A DNA stretch of 51,022 nucleotides from Polyangia bacterium (GCA_038325725.1 JBBQJG010000003.1:1-51022); one strand, 5' to 3'. Counted from the stretch's first letter, positions 8,350-19,741 are shown. Program-made: numbers and translations. Notes: a model not told the origin generated them from the sequence alone.

Positions 8350-11300
8350 ATGAACATAGACGTCTCGAACGCCCTCGCGACCCTCCAGCTGGATCCCGAC
8401 AACGCGCCGGCGCGGAAGACGCTGGCCGCCGCGCGCGCCACGGGGGCCGACACGGACCTCGACGTCGAGGCGCTGACCCTCGCGCTCGGGGACGCCCGGC
8501 GCTGGCACCGCGAGCGCGGCTCGTTCGAGCTCGCCCTCCAGCTCATCGACATCGAGCTGCCGTGGATCAAGGACGCGGGCCGACGCGCCGACCTGCTGCA
8601 CGAAAAGGGGCGCATCCTCAGCGACGACCTGCTGCGCGGCGACGCCGGCCTCGTCGCCGTCCAAGAGGCCCTCGCCGTGCGCGCCGACCACGCCCCCTCC
8701 AAGGAGTCCTTGGCGCAGATGTCCCTGCTCAAGGGCAACTGGCAGCCGATCTCGAAGCGCTACCTCCAGCAGGCCGAGGCAGCCACCGACAAGCCGCACG
8801 CGGCGAGCCTCTACGTCTCGGTCGCCGAGCTCGTCCTCAAATACGGCGGCGCCGCGGGCGCGGCCGACGGCGAGGCGCACCTGCGCAAGAGCCTCGAGCT
8901 CGACCCCGGCAGCCGCCGGTCCAGCATTCATCTCGAGCGCCTGCTGCGCGAGGGCTCGCGCTACGACGAGCTGCTCGCGCTCTACGCCCGGCGCGCCGAC
9001 GCGGCGCCCACGCGCGAGGAGCGCGCCCTCGCCGAGATCCTCGCGGGCGAGACGTCTGCAAAAGTCGGTAAGGAAGCCGAGGCGCTCGCCCACTTCCGCA
9101 AGGCCCTCGACGCGACGCCGTTCGAAGCGCGCGCGCTGCGCCCCGTGCGCGACGCGCTCACGAAGCGCGCCGGGCAGGGCGATGGCACCGCGTGGGGCGA
9201 GCTCGCCAAGGTGCTCGAGACGGCCGTGCGCACGAAGCGCGGCGAACAAGACATCCCGCTCCAGGTCGAGCTCGCGTTGGTCCTCGCGACGCGCCTCGAT
9301 CAGGCGGACGCCGCCGAGGTGTTCTTCCGCCGCGTGCGCAAGCTCGAGCCCGCCAACCACGACATGATCGAGTTCTACCGCGGCTACCTCGGCGCGAAGA
9401 ACGACCCGGGGCAGCTGCTGCAGATTCTGGCTCAGGCGCAGAAGAGCGAGACGGACGTCGATCGCCGGATCGAGATGGGCGCCGAGATGGCGCGCGCCGC
9501 CGAGGCGCGCCCGCAGAGCGCCGAGAAGGCCATCGAGATCTGGAAGGGCCTGCTGCGCCTGCGTCCCCGCCTGCCCGAGGCCGTCGCCTCGCTCAAGCGG
9601 CTCTACGCCAAGACCGAAAAGTGGAACGCGCTGCTCGAGATCCTCAAGGACGACCTCGAGTCCTTGCCGGCCACGGCCCAGGGGAATGACGATAGGGTCG
9701 CGCGCCTCTTGGAGGTCGTCGCGATCTACCGCGACCGCCTGAACCTCGACGTCATGGTGGTCAACACGTACTTGAGCGTCCTCGCGCTCAAGCCCGACCA
9801 CCCCGACGCCCTGACGGCGCTGTCGGCGCGCTACGAGGCGCAGGGGCGCTGGAACGATCTCATCACGGTGCTCGGCAAGCAGGCCGACGTCGCCACCGAG
9901 CCGGCGCAGCGGCTCGCGCTTCACCGGCGCATCGCGGGCCTCTGGGCCGACAAGCTCGGCAAGCACGCGAACGCCGTCGCGAGCCTCGAGAAGATCCTCG
10001 AGGCCGAGCCTCAGGACGCCGAGACGAGCGCGCGCCTCAAGGACCTCTACGCGAAGGGCCGCCAGTGGCGCCCGTTGCTCGACGTCTACCGGCGCGAGCT
10101 GCCCCAGCTCGCGGGGCAAGCGCGCCGTCCGCGCCTCATCGAGATGGCGCGCGTCGCGGGCGATCGCCTCAACGACGTGCGCGAGGCGCTCAACCTGTGG
10201 AACCAGGTCCTCGCCCTCGCGCCGCTCGACCCGGACGCGCTCGCCGGCTTGGCCACGCTCTACGAACGCGAGCGACGCTGGCCGGCGCTCGTCGAGATCC
10301 TCGAGCGCCAGCGCCAGAACGTCGAGGGCAACGCCGCGGCCGAGCTCGTGCTGCTCGAGCGGCGCGGCGTGCTGCTGTACGAAAAGCTCGGCGCGACCGA
10401 CGGCGCCATCGACGTCTTCCGTCGCATTCAGGTCCTGCAGCCGCAGAACCCGCGGGCCGCGCGCGCCTTGCGCGAGATCTACGCGCAGTCGGGCGACATC
10501 GCGTCGCTCGAGGCGATGTACGTCCAGCAGGGGGCCTTCACCGACCTGTGCGATCAGCTCACGTCGCTCGCGGACCGCACGGCCGACGTCGCGGCGCGCA
10601 CGCGCCTGCTCGAGCGCGTCGCCGATCTGTCGCTCACGAAGCTCAACCAGCCCGAGCGCGCGCTCAAGGCCTACGAGCGCATCCTCACGACCGACCCGAA
10701 CAACCGGCGCGCGGCGCTCGCGCTCGTGCCTCTCTACCGCCAGGCGCAAAAGTGGCCGCGCCTGCTCGCGACGTACGAGGTGCTCCTGGGCTCGTCCACG
10801 GCCGGCGAGGCCGTGGGCCTCACCGAGCGCCTCGAGCTGCTCACCGAGGCGCGCGCCATCTGCGAGCAACGCCTCGGATCGAAGAGCCTCGCGTTCCAGT
10901 GGGCGGGCCGCGCCTTCGAGGCCGCGCCGAAAAACGACACCGTGCGCGCCGACATCGAGCGGCTCGCCGGCGAGGCGGACGAGTGGGGCGCGCTCGCGGG
11001 CCTGTACGCCAAGCGCGCCGACGCGACGACCGACGCCGAGGAGCGGCTGTGGCTCCTGCGCCACGCGCTCCGCGTCAACCTCACGAAGCTGTACAAGCCC
11101 GTCGAAGCGCGCGCCTTCGCCGAGCGCATCGTCGCCGAGGTCGGCTACGACGAAGAAGCCGACGGTGCGCTCGAGCAGATCCTCACGCAGACGAAGGCGT
11201 GGCCCGATCTCGCGAAGCTGCTGCGCGTGCGCGCCGATCGCGCGCCCGACATCGCCGAGCGTGTGCGGCAGCTCTTCCGCATCGCCCAGCTCGAAGAAGA

Positions 11301-14300
11301 GCGCGTGGGCGACGTGGGGGCCGCGGCCGCGACCCTCGAAGCCATCACAGAGGCCGATCCCGTCAACGAAAAGGCGTTGAAGGCGCTCCAGCGTGTCTCC
11401 GAGGCGCGCCAGGACTGGCCGGGGCTCGTCGAGGCGCTTCGCCGCGAGCTCGCCGTGCGCGCGTCGGGCGGAACGCCCGCGCAAGAGACCGCGCGCGAGG
11501 AACTGCTCCTGCGCATCGGTCAGATTCAAGAGACGCGCCTGCCCGACCAGGCGACGCCCAACGTGGATGACGGGGCGCTCGCGACCTACCGCGAAGTGCT
11601 CGTCGCGAACCCGCAGAGCGCCGCCGCCGTCGCCGGCTTGGAACGGCTGCTGTCGTCGGGGCGCGCGAACGATGCGTTCGCTGAAATCGCCCAGCTCTCC
11701 CTGCCGTACTACGAGAAGACGGGAGACGCCGCCAAGCTCGCGGGCGCGCATGAGGCGCTGCTGACGGCGGCCGACACGCGCGGCGAGCGCGTCGATCGCC
11801 TCGAGCGCCTGCGCGCGCTGTACGCGGGGCCGCTCGCCGACGCGGGCGCCGCCTACCGGACCAGCCTCGCGCTGTTCGAGATCGATCCGTCCGACGCCGC
11901 GAACCGCGCGCAGCTCGTCGCGTTCGCGGGCGCCGCGAAGAAAACGGGGGAGCTCGTCGACAAGACGCGCGCGCTCGCGACGGCGAGCGAAGACGCGATC
12001 CTGCGCCGCGATCTCCTCATCACGATCGCCGAGCTCCAGGAGCGGAGCGCGGGCTCGGTGGGCGGCATTCGGGCCGACGTCGAGACGGCGTACGCCGACA
12101 TCATCGCCGTCGAGCCCCTCAACGACGCCGCGTTCAAGGCGCTGTCGCGCCTGTACCGCGAAGGCCCCCCTCCACGTTGGGCCGACCTGCGCGCGCTCTA
12201 CGAGGCGCGCCAGAACGCTTCACTCGATCCCCGCGAGCGGCTCGATCTGCTCGCGCAGACCGCCGAGCTCGACGAGACGTCGCTCAACGACGCCGCGCAC
12301 GCCGTCGCGACCTACGAAAAGATGCTCGAGCTCGATCCGGCGGACATGCGGGCCCACCGCGCGCTCGACCGTCACTACGCCGCCGCCGAGCGCTGGCGCG
12401 ATCTCGAAGAGCTGCTCGGGACGCGCGTCGCCTTCGCGTCGCCGGCCGAAGTCTCCGAGCTCGAGTTCCGGCGCGCCGACCTGCGCGCCACGCGCTTCGG
12501 CGACGTCGAGGGCGCGCTCGATCTCCTCGAGGAGATCGTCGCCAAGGCCCCGAGTCACGAGGGCGTGCGACGTCTGCTCGAGCGCCTGCTCGCGGGGACC
12601 GAGCACCGCCAGCGCGTCGCGCGCGTGCTGGAGCCGCTCTACGAGGCGGGCGGCGCGTGGGCGCGGCTCGTCACCGTCCTCGAGGTGCGCCGCGAGGCGC
12701 TCGGGCCGAGCGGCCCGGAGGTCGCCGCGCTGCTCGCGCGCATCGCCGATCTCCAGGAGAACAAGCTGCAGGCGCGCCCGGCCGCGCTCGCGACCTGGCG
12801 CCAGGTCCTCGAGGCCGACGCCGAGAACCCGGACGCGCTCGTCGAGATTGAACGGCTCGCGACGGCGCTCGAACGCTTCTCCGAGCTCGTCGAGGTCTAC
12901 CAGGAGCTCGCGGCACGCCGGGAGCAGAGCGACATCAGCGGGCGTGCCGACCTCCTCGGACGCGCCGCCAAGCTCCACGCGGGGCGCCTCGGCAACCGCC
13001 GCGCCGCGATCGAGTCGTGGAACCAGGTTCTCAACCTGGACGTCGAGAACTTCGAGACGGCGCGCCCGGCCGTCGCCGCGCTCGAGGCGCTGTACACCGA
13101 GACGGGCGACGTCGCGGCGCTCGTGAAGATCCTGCGCCTGCAGGCCGGGTGGGCCGACGGCGACGCCGACCGGAAGGCGATCCTGTTCCGCATCGCGAGC
13201 CTCGAGGACAAGTCGCTCGGCGACGCGCAGGCCGCCGTCGCGACGCTGCGCTCGATCCTCGAGATCGATCCTCAGGACCAGGCCGCCATCAGCGCGCTCG
13301 AGAAGATCTTCGAGGCGGGGTCGCAGCACACACAGCGGGTCGAGATGCTGCGCAAGCGCATCGACCTCGCGCAGGATCCGGCGGCGCGGCAAGAGCTGTG
13401 GCGACGCGTCGCGGGTCTGCTCGAGAACGATGTCGGCAACGTCGACGAGGCGATCTCGGCGTGCGTCGCGATCCTCGAAGAGAACCCCGAGGACGCGAAC
13501 GCGCTCGAGACGCTTGCGCGCTTGTATGAACAGCAGAACCGTCATCAGGATCGCCTCGAGATCCTCGAGCGTCGCCTCGCGCTCGCGCAGTCGCCCGCCG
13601 TCGCGCCCGCGCGCGCCGAGCTGCTGCGCCAAACGGCGTTGCTCTTCGAAGGCCCGCTCGGCGATCCCGCGAACGCGCTCGAACGGTGGCGCGAGGTGCT
13701 CGCCATCGTGCCGTCGGACGCGCAGGCGCTCACGGCGCTCGAGCGCTTCCTGCAGCCGGCCGTCGACGCCAACCTGCGCCTCGCCGCCGCGCACGCCCTC
13801 GAGCCGATCTACGAGCGCGCCGGCCGAAACGCCGAGCTCGCCGCCGTCGTCCAGGTCTACGTCGACGCCGAAGACGACGCCCGCGCGCGCCTCGAACAGC
13901 TGATCCGCCTCGCGGCGCTGCAAGAGACGAAGCTGCGCGACGCCGAGGCCGCCTTCCGCACGACGGCGCTCGCCGTGCGCGCTGGTTTGTCCGAGCCCGA
14001 GCTGCCGAGCTTGCTCGACAGCTACGAGCGCCTCGCGGGCGCGGCGCGCGCCGCCGACGTCGGCAGCTTCTATCGAGAGATCAGCCCCGACGTGCTCGAC
14101 GAAGAGGTCAAGCTGCGGCTCGATCGCTTCATCGCCGACGCGGCCCGCACGACCGGCGATCGCGAGACGGCGGCCGACTACTACCGCCGCGTCCTCGACC
14201 GCCTGCCCGAGGACGAGGCCGCGCTCGCGGCGCTCGACAAGCTCACCCGCGAGACGAACGACGTCCCGGCGCTGTGCGAGATCCTCGCGCGCCGCGCCGA

Positions 14301-17300
14301 CATCGCCCGCGACGTCCGCGTCGACCCGACGGCCGAGCACCGCTTCCGCTCGCAGCTCGGCCAGCTCTCGGAGCTGCCGCTCGGCCGCCTCGAAGACGCC
14401 ATCGGCGCCCACGAGCGCGTCATCGAGCTGCAGCCGCAGGATCGCGAGTCGCGCGAGGCGCTCGATCGCCTCTACACGCAGACCGAGCGCTGGGCTGACC
14501 TCACGCGCTTCCTCGAGGACACGCTCACGCGCGGCGGGCTCGCCGAGCGCGACCTCGTCGGCATCCGCTTCCGCCTCGCGCAGATCGAAAACGACCGTCA
14601 GTCCGATCGCGAGGCCGCGCTCGGCCACCTGCGCGTCGTGCTGCAGGGCGATCCCGACCACCCGGGCACGATCACGATGCTCGAGGGCATGCTCGACGAC
14701 GTCGGCGTGCAGAGCGCCGCCGCCCAGCTGCTCGAGCCCGTGTACGCGGGCCGGGCCGACTGGAAGCAGCTCATTAAAATAGGCGAGATCCGCCTCCTGC
14801 AGGTCGACGACCCCGCGGAGCGCGTCGGCTGGACGAAGCGCATCGCGCGCCTTTATGAAGAGCAGCTCGAGGACTACGAGAATGCGCTTCGCTGGTATGG
14901 CAAGGTGTTCCAAGAGGCGCCGACTGAGCGCCAGAGCGCCGAGCCGCTGTTGCGCCTCGCCGATCGCCTGAACCGCTGGCAAGAGGTCGGCGCGCTGTTC
15001 GCCGGGTACGCCGCCGACGAGCTGTCCGATGAACCCGTCGTGCTCGAGATCGTCCGCCGTGCCGCGGAGATCTACGACCTGCGCCTCTCGGATCGCGACG
15101 AAGCGCGCAAGCACTACCGGCGTCTTTTCGACGCGCTCCCCGACGACAAGGCCGTCGTGGCCCTTTACGAAGGCGCCCTCGAACGCTGGGAGGCCTGGCT
15201 CGACCTGCGTGAGCTCGTCGACGAGCAAGCGGGGCGCGCCCTCGACCCGGCGACGAAGCTCAAGCTCCTGCGCCGCAGCGCCAAGCTCGACGAGGAGAAG
15301 CTCGACAACCGCAGCCGCGCCATCGGCACGCTCCAGGAAGCGATTGAGCTCGACCCGACGAACCGACTGACGGGCGAGCCCGCGACAGACGCCGAGCTCG
15401 AACGCCTGCTCGGCGCCGAGGAGCTCTGGTACGACTTGGGCGATCACCTCGCCGCCGTGCTCGGACGCGTCACGGAGCCCGCCGAGCGCGACGCCGTGAC
15501 GTTCCGGCTCGCGGAGGTGCTCGAGAAGAAGGTGGGCGACGTCGCGGGCGGCGTCGATCGCTACGCCGAGATCGTCGAGCGCTCGCCGCGCCACCGCGAG
15601 GCCGTCGCCGCGCTCGAGCGCATCGCCGCCGATCCCGATCACCGCCACCGCGTCGCCGTCGTGCTCGAGCCCGTGTACCGGAGCGCGGGCGACTGGGGCA
15701 AGCTCGTGGGCGCGCTCGAGGCGCAGCTCGACACCGTCGAGGATCCCACCCAGCGGGTCACGATCCTGCGCGAGATGGCCGACATCTATCAGCGACTCGG
15801 CCGCCTCGACCTATCATTCGAGGCGCGCAGCCGCGCGTGGCTCGTCGACGTCAGCTCGGCGGAGACCCTCGGTGAGATGGAGGCGCTCGCCGTGTCGGCG
15901 CGCCAGTTCGCGCCGCTCGTGGCGACGCTGCAGACGGGCGCCGTCGAGGCGAACGATCCGGATCTTCAGGCCCAGCTGTGGGGCCTGTCGGCGCGGCTTC
16001 TCGAAGAGAACGTCGGCGACGTCGCCCAGTCGATAGAGGCGTGGCGTTCGGCCTTGAGCGCGCGGCCCGACGACCTCGACGCCTTCTCGGCGCTCGAGCG
16101 CCTGCTCTCGCAGGCGGCGCGTCCCGCGGAGCTCGTCGACGTCCTCGAGAAGCACTTCGAGGTCACACCCGACGCCAGTGTCGAAGAGAAGAAACTCATC
16201 GGCAAGCGCATCGCCGTTCTCCACGAGGACGCGCTCCGCCAGCCCGAGCAGGCCCAGCGCGCGTGGGAGACCGTCCTCGACATCGACGCCAATGACATGG
16301 AGGCGCTCGAGGCGCTCGGCCGCCTGCACGCGGCGGCGGGCAACCACCGTGACCTCGCCGAGATCTCCGAGCGCAAGCTCGCGCTCATCGAGGTGCCGTC
16401 GCAGCGGCGCATCGCGCGCCTCGAAGCAGCCCGCCTGTACGACGAGCACCTCGGCGAGGCGGACCTCGCCGTCGGGCACCTGCGCGCCGTCCTGGACGAA
16501 AGCTCGGACGACGCCGCGGATCCGCAGGCGCTGGCGCACCTCGACGCGATCTTCACGCGCGACGAGCGGCACGCCGATTTGCTCGAGGTGCTCGACGCGC
16601 GCGCCGGCGCGGCGCCGACACCGGCGGCGCGCGACGAGCTCGCGCTGCGCGCGGCGCACGTCACCGAGACGGATCTCTCCGACGTCGAGGCCGCGATCGG
16701 CCGCTATCAGAAGATCCTCGACGCGTCGCCGGGCCAGCCGGGCGCGATCGAGGCGCTGTGGACGATCGCGCGCGGCGCCGACTACCGCATGCCGGCCATC
16801 GCCGCCTTGGAGCCCGTGTTGCGCGCCGCGCGCGACTGGGCGGGCGTCGTCGACCTGCTCGAGCTGCGCCTCGCGGCCGAGGACACGCCGCCCACGCGCA
16901 TCGCGACCCTCGCCGAGATCGCGGCGATCGAAGAGCGCGAGCGCCGCGACACGAAGGGCGCCTTCGCGGCCTGGGCGCGCGCCCTCACGGAGGACGCGAC
17001 CGAGGACGCGCCGCGCGCCGCGCTCGAGCGCCTCGCGACGGCGACGGGCGACTACGCGGGCCTCGCGAGCGTCTACGCCGAGCGCATGGACGCGACCTTC
17101 GACGCGTCCCTCCAGCGCAGCCTCGCGCTGCGCCTCGCGGAGCTCCACGAGACGCAGCTCGCCGATCCGGCGCGCGCGGGCGAGTACCTCCGCCAGGCGC
17201 TCAACCTGCCCGGCGACGAGGCCCCCGTGCTGGCCTCGCTCGAACGCGTGCTGCGCGCGCAGGACGCCCACGCCGACCTCGCCGAGATCCTCGCGCGGCA

Positions 17301-19725
17301 GGCCGAGATCGCCGTCGATCCCGTCGCGCAGGCCGACTTCCTCACGGCGCTCGGCGAGACACGGCTGCGCGCGCTCGACGACGCCGAGGGCGCGCTCGGC
17401 GCCTACCGCGACGCGCTCGAGCGGAACCCCGCGCAGGCCGCGGCGCGCGGCGCGCTCGCCGAGTTGCTCGACCGCGACGAGACGCGCGAGAGCGCCCTCG
17501 AGATCCTCGAGCCGATGGCCGAGGCGCGCGGCGACTACGAAGAGCTGCTGGGCCTGTACGAGGTCCGCGTGGGCCTGCGCGACGATCGCACCGAGCGCGC
17601 GCACTGGCTGCGCAAGATCGCCGAGATCTGCGACGCGAACCTGGGCGACGCGCGGCGGGCCCTCGACGCCCTCGGCCGCGCGCTCGAGGCGGAGCCCATG
17701 CCCGGCGGCGCCGTCGACGATCTCGAGCGCATCGCGGGCGCGGCGAAGCTGACGCCGCTCGCGGCCCAGAAGATCGAGGCCGTGCTCGATGCCGCTGAGC
17801 CCGACGCCGCCAAGGACCTTTCCTTGCGCGCCGCGCGCTTGTACGAGACGGCTCCCGCGGATCTCGCGTCAGCCGAGCGGCTCTACTCGCGCGTCCTCGA
17901 GGCGGACGCCGAGAACGTCGACGCGCTCACGGCGCTCGAGAATCTGTACCGCGGCGTCGGCGCCTCGGGGACGGCGCACCTCGCGGCGATCCTCGAGCAG
18001 CGGGGCGCGATCGATCTCGACCCGCAGGCGCGCAAGCGTCGGCTCGCCGAGGCGGCCAAGCTGCATGAACAGCGCGGAGACACCCCCGCCGCGCTCGCGA
18101 CCTGGCAGAAGCTGCGCACGAGCGAAGAGGGCGACGCGGACGCGCTCGACAACCTCGCGCGCCTCCACGAGGCGTCTGGCCAAGCGGCCGAGCTCGTCGA
18201 CGTGCTCGCCGAGCGGGCGCGGTTCAGCGAGAGCCCCGTCGAACGGGCGGCGCTGTGGGCGCGCGTCGGGGCCTTGCGCCTCGGGCCGCTCGGCGACGTC
18301 GACGGCGCCGCGGACGCGTACCGCGAGGCGCTCGAGGGCGCGCCCGACGACGCGACGTCGCTCGGCGCGCTCGAAACGATCGAGGAGCGTCGCGAGGATT
18401 GGTCGGCGCTCCAGGAGGTGCTGCAGCGCCGCCTCGGCACGACCGAGGGCGCCGCGCAGATCCCCGTGCTGCTCAAGCTCGCGAAGAACGCCGAGGCGCG
18501 CCTGTCCGACACGGACCAGGCGAGCGGCTACCTGCGCCAGGTGCTCGACGTCGACGCCGCGAACGGGCTCGCGTATCTGGAGCTCGAGCGTCTTCTTCGC
18601 GCGGGGGAGCGCTGGTACGACCTCGTCGAAGTGCTCGCCAAGCACGCGGACGTCGAGGCGACCGCGGGCCGCAAGCCGACGGAGCTCGCGCTGCGCGTCG
18701 CCGTCGCCGACGTCTGGGAGCAGCAGCTTTCGTCGCCCGAGAGCGCGGTGGAGGCGCTCGAGAAGGTCCTCGAGGTCGCGCCGACGAACGCGCCGGCGCT
18801 CCTGTCGATGGCCCGCATTCACGAGGGCGCCGAGCGGTGGGACGAGGCGAGCGCCGCGCTCGCGCGCGCCGCCGAAACAGCGACGGGGGGCCCCGAGCTC
18901 GCCGAGATCCACTACCGCGGCGCCCAAATCTTGAAGGCCAAGGACGCGCCCGCCGACGAGGTCGAGGCGCTGCTCCTGCGCGCGCTCGACGCCTCGACCG
19001 AGCACCTGCCGACGCTCGAAGCGCTCGAAAAATCGGCGCGCGCCGTCAAGGACGACGAACGGCTCGTGCAGATCCTCGAGCTGAAGCTCGAGGTCGTCAC
19101 GGCGCGGGACACGAATGCCAAGAAAGACGACGAGCGCAAGCTGCTGTCCGAGATCGCGGGGCTGCAGAAGAAGCTCAAGCGTCAATCGCGCGCCGTGCCC
19201 GTCCTCGAACGGCTCGTCGCGCTCTCGCCGACGGAGATCGAAGGCCGCGGCGATCTCGCCGACGCGCTCATCGCCGCGGGCCGCACGGGCGAAGCCGTCG
19301 GCATCGCGCGCGAGCTCATTGAGCAGCTCACGAAGGCGCGCCGGGGCAAGGAGGCGTCGTCGTGGTACCAGCGCCTCGGCGCGATCGCGGTCGCCGACGG
19401 TGACCTCGTGGTCGCGGGCGAGCACTTCAACGCCGCCTACAAGCTAGACCCGGGGCACCCGCTCACGCTGTCGTCGCTGGGGCGCCTGTCCTTCGAGCGC
19501 GGCGACTTTGACAGCGCGCGCAAGTTCTACCGGTCGTTGTTGCTACAAACGTTCGACGAGTCGTCGACGGGGGTCTCGAAGGCCGAGATCTACTTGATGC
19601 TGGGGCGCATGCACGTCTCGGCCAAGGAGATCCCGAAGGCGCGCAACATGTTCGAGCGCGGCCTCGAGACCGACCCGAAGAACGAGCTGCTCAAGCAGGC
19701 GCTCGCGCAGCTGCCGAGAAATTGA
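8350..19725 (+). CDS. Giant (3791 aa) tetratricopeptide-repeat protein, AgmK/GltI-like gliding-motility family
   Basis: Uninterrupted 11.4-kb ORF with host codon usage. Dozens of degenerate TPRs (L..DP....AL..LERLY.....W..L), the architecture of myxobacterial AgmK-type proteins; orthology not established. Confidence 0.75.
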   Translation: MNIDVSNALATLQLDPDNAPARKTLAAARATGADTDLDVEALTLALGDARRWHRERGSFELALQLIDIELPWIKDAGRRADLLHEKGRILSDDLLRGDAGLVAVQEALAVRADHAPSKESLAQMSLLKGNWQPISKRYLQQAEAATDKPHAASLYVSVAELVLKYGGAAGAADGEAHLRKSLELDPGSRRSSIHLERLLREGSRYDELLALYARRADAAPTREERALAEILAGETSAKVGKEAEALAHFRKALDATPFEARALRPVRDALTKRAGQGDGTAWGELAKVLETAVRTKRGEQDIPLQVELALVLATRLDQADAAEVFFRRVRKLEPANHDMIEFYRGYLGAKNDPGQLLQILAQAQKSETDVDRRIEMGAEMARAAEARPQSAEKAIEIWKGLLRLRPRLPEAVASLKRLYAKTEKWNALLEILKDDLESLPATAQGNDDRVARLLEVVAIYRDRLNLDVMVVNTYLSVLALKPDHPDALTALSARYEAQGRWNDLITVLGKQADVATEPAQRLALHRRIAGLWADKLGKHANAVASLEKILEAEPQDAETSARLKDLYAKGRQWRPLLDVYRRELPQLAGQARRPRLIEMARVAGDRLNDVREALNLWNQVLALAPLDPDALAGLATLYERERRWPALVEILERQRQNVEGNAAAELVLLERRGVLLYEKLGATDGAIDVFRRIQVLQPQNPRAARALREIYAQSGDIASLEAMYVQQGAFTDLCDQLTSLADRTADVAARTRLLERVADLSLTKLNQPERALKAYERILTTDPNNRRAALALVPLYRQAQKWPRLLATYEVLLGSSTAGEAVGLTERLELLTEARAICEQRLGSKSLAFQWAGRAFEAAPKNDTVRADIERLAGEADEWGALAGLYAKRADATTDAEERLWLLRHALRVNLTKLYKPVEARAFAERIVAEVGYDEEADGALEQILTQTKAWPDLAKLLRVRADRAPDIAERVRQLFRIAQLEEERVGDVGAAAATLEAITEADPVNEKALKALQRVSEARQDWPGLVEALRRELAVRASGGTPAQETAREELLLRIGQIQETRLPDQATPNVDDGALATYREVLVANPQSAAAVAGLERLLSSGRANDAFAEIAQLSLPYYEKTGDAAKLAGAHEALLTAADTRGERVDRLERLRALYAGPLADAGAAYRTSLALFEIDPSDAANRAQLVAFAGAAKKTGELVDKTRALATASEDAILRRDLLITIAELQERSAGSVGGIRADVETAYADIIAVEPLNDAAFKALSRLYREGPPPRWADLRALYEARQNASLDPRERLDLLAQTAELDETSLNDAAHAVATYEKMLELDPADMRAHRALDRHYAAAERWRDLEELLGTRVAFASPAEVSELEFRRADLRATRFGDVEGALDLLEEIVAKAPSHEGVRRLLERLLAGTEHRQRVARVLEPLYEAGGAWARLVTVLEVRREALGPSGPEVAALLARIADLQENKLQARPAALATWRQVLEADAENPDALVEIERLATALERFSELVEVYQELAARREQSDISGRADLLGRAAKLHAGRLGNRRAAIESWNQVLNLDVENFETARPAVAALEALYTETGDVAALVKILRLQAGWADGDADRKAILFRIASLEDKSLGDAQAAVATLRSILEIDPQDQAAISALEKIFEAGSQHTQRVEMLRKRIDLAQDPAARQELWRRVAGLLENDVGNVDEAISACVAILEENPEDANALETLARLYEQQNRHQDRLEILERRLALAQSPAVAPARAELLRQTALLFEGPLGDPANALERWREVLAIVPSDAQALTALERFLQPAVDANLRLAAAHALEPIYERAGRNAELAAVVQVYVDAEDDARARLEQLIRLAALQETKLRDAEAAFRTTALAVRAGLSEPELPSLLDSYERLAGAARAADVGSFYREISPDVLDEEVKLRLDRFIADAARTTGDRETAADYYRRVLDRLPEDEAALAALDKLTRETNDVPALCEILARRADIARDVRVDPTAEHRFRSQLGQLSELPLGRLEDAIGAHERVIELQPQDRESREALDRLYTQTERWADLTRFLEDTLTRGGLAERDLVGIRFRLAQIENDRQSDREAALGHLRVVLQGDPDHPGTITMLEGMLDDVGVQSAAAQLLEPVYAGRADWKQLIKIGEIRLLQVDDPAERVGWTKRIARLYEEQLEDYENALRWYGKVFQEAPTERQSAEPLLRLADRLNRWQEVGALFAGYAADELSDEPVVLEIVRRAAEIYDLRLSDRDEARKHYRRLFDALPDDKAVVALYEGALERWEAWLDLRELVDEQAGRALDPATKLKLLRRSAKLDEEKLDNRSRAIGTLQEAIELDPTNRLTGEPATDAELERLLGAEELWYDLGDHLAAVLGRVTEPAERDAVTFRLAEVLEKKVGDVAGGVDRYAEIVERSPRHREAVAALERIAADPDHRHRVAVVLEPVYRSAGDWGKLVGALEAQLDTVEDPTQRVTILREMADIYQRLGRLDLSFEARSRAWLVDVSSAETLGEMEALAVSARQFAPLVATLQTGAVEANDPDLQAQLWGLSARLLEENVGDVAQSIEAWRSALSARPDDLDAFSALERLLSQAARPAELVDVLEKHFEVTPDASVEEKKLIGKRIAVLHEDALRQPEQAQRAWETVLDIDANDMEALEALGRLHAAAGNHRDLAEISERKLALIEVPSQRRIARLEAARLYDEHLGEADLAVGHLRAVLDESSDDAADPQALAHLDAIFTRDERHADLLEVLDARAGAAPTPAARDELALRAAHVTETDLSDVEAAIGRYQKILDASPGQPGAIEALWTIARGADYRMPAIAALEPVLRAARDWAGVVDLLELRLAAEDTPPTRIATLAEIAAIEERERRDTKGAFAAWARALTEDATEDAPRAALERLATATGDYAGLASVYAERMDATFDASLQRSLALRLAELHETQLADPARAGEYLRQALNLPGDEAPVLASLERVLRAQDAHADLAEILARQAEIAVDPVAQADFLTALGETRLRALDDAEGALGAYRDALERNPAQAAARGALAELLDRDETRESALEILEPMAEARGDYEELLGLYEVRVGLRDDRTERAHWLRKIAEICDANLGDARRALDALGRALEAEPMPGGAVDDLERIAGAAKLTPLAAQKIEAVLDAAEPDAAKDLSLRAARLYETAPADLASAERLYSRVLEADAENVDALTALENLYRGVGASGTAHLAAILEQRGAIDLDPQARKRRLAEAAKLHEQRGDTPAALATWQKLRTSEEGDADALDNLARLHEASGQAAELVDVLAERARFSESPVERAALWARVGALRLGPLGDVDGAADAYREALEGAPDDATSLGALETIEERREDWSALQEVLQRRLGTTEGAAQIPVLLKLAKNAEARLSDTDQASGYLRQVLDVDAANGLAYLELERLLRAGERWYDLVEVLAKHADVEATAGRKPTELALRVAVADVWEQQLSSPESAVEALEKVLEVAPTNAPALLSMARIHEGAERWDEASAALARAAETATGGPELAEIHYRGAQILKAKDAPADEVEALLLRALDASTEHLPTLEALEKSARAVKDDERLVQILELKLEVVTARDTNAKKDDERKLLSEIAGLQKKLKRQSRAVPVLERLVALSPTEIEGRGDLADALIAAGRTGEAVGIARELIEQLTKARRGKEASSWYQRLGAIAVADGDLVVAGEHFNAAYKLDPGHPLTLSSLGRLSFERGDFDSARKFYRSLLLQTFDESSTGVSKAEIYLMLGRMHVSAKEIPKARNMFERGLETDPKNELLKQALAQLPRN

Positions 19726-19741
19726 GCGAGGCAACGCGTCG

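Noticed and set aside
7135-15648. Very long antisense ORFs (7135-11751, 1538 aa; 12220-15648, 1142 aa) and similar ones (e.g. 37585-40224, 48710-50353)
   Set aside because: Shadow frames of real high-GC genes: Arg/Gly/Ala-rich, no motifs, and fully overlapping well-supported CDSs
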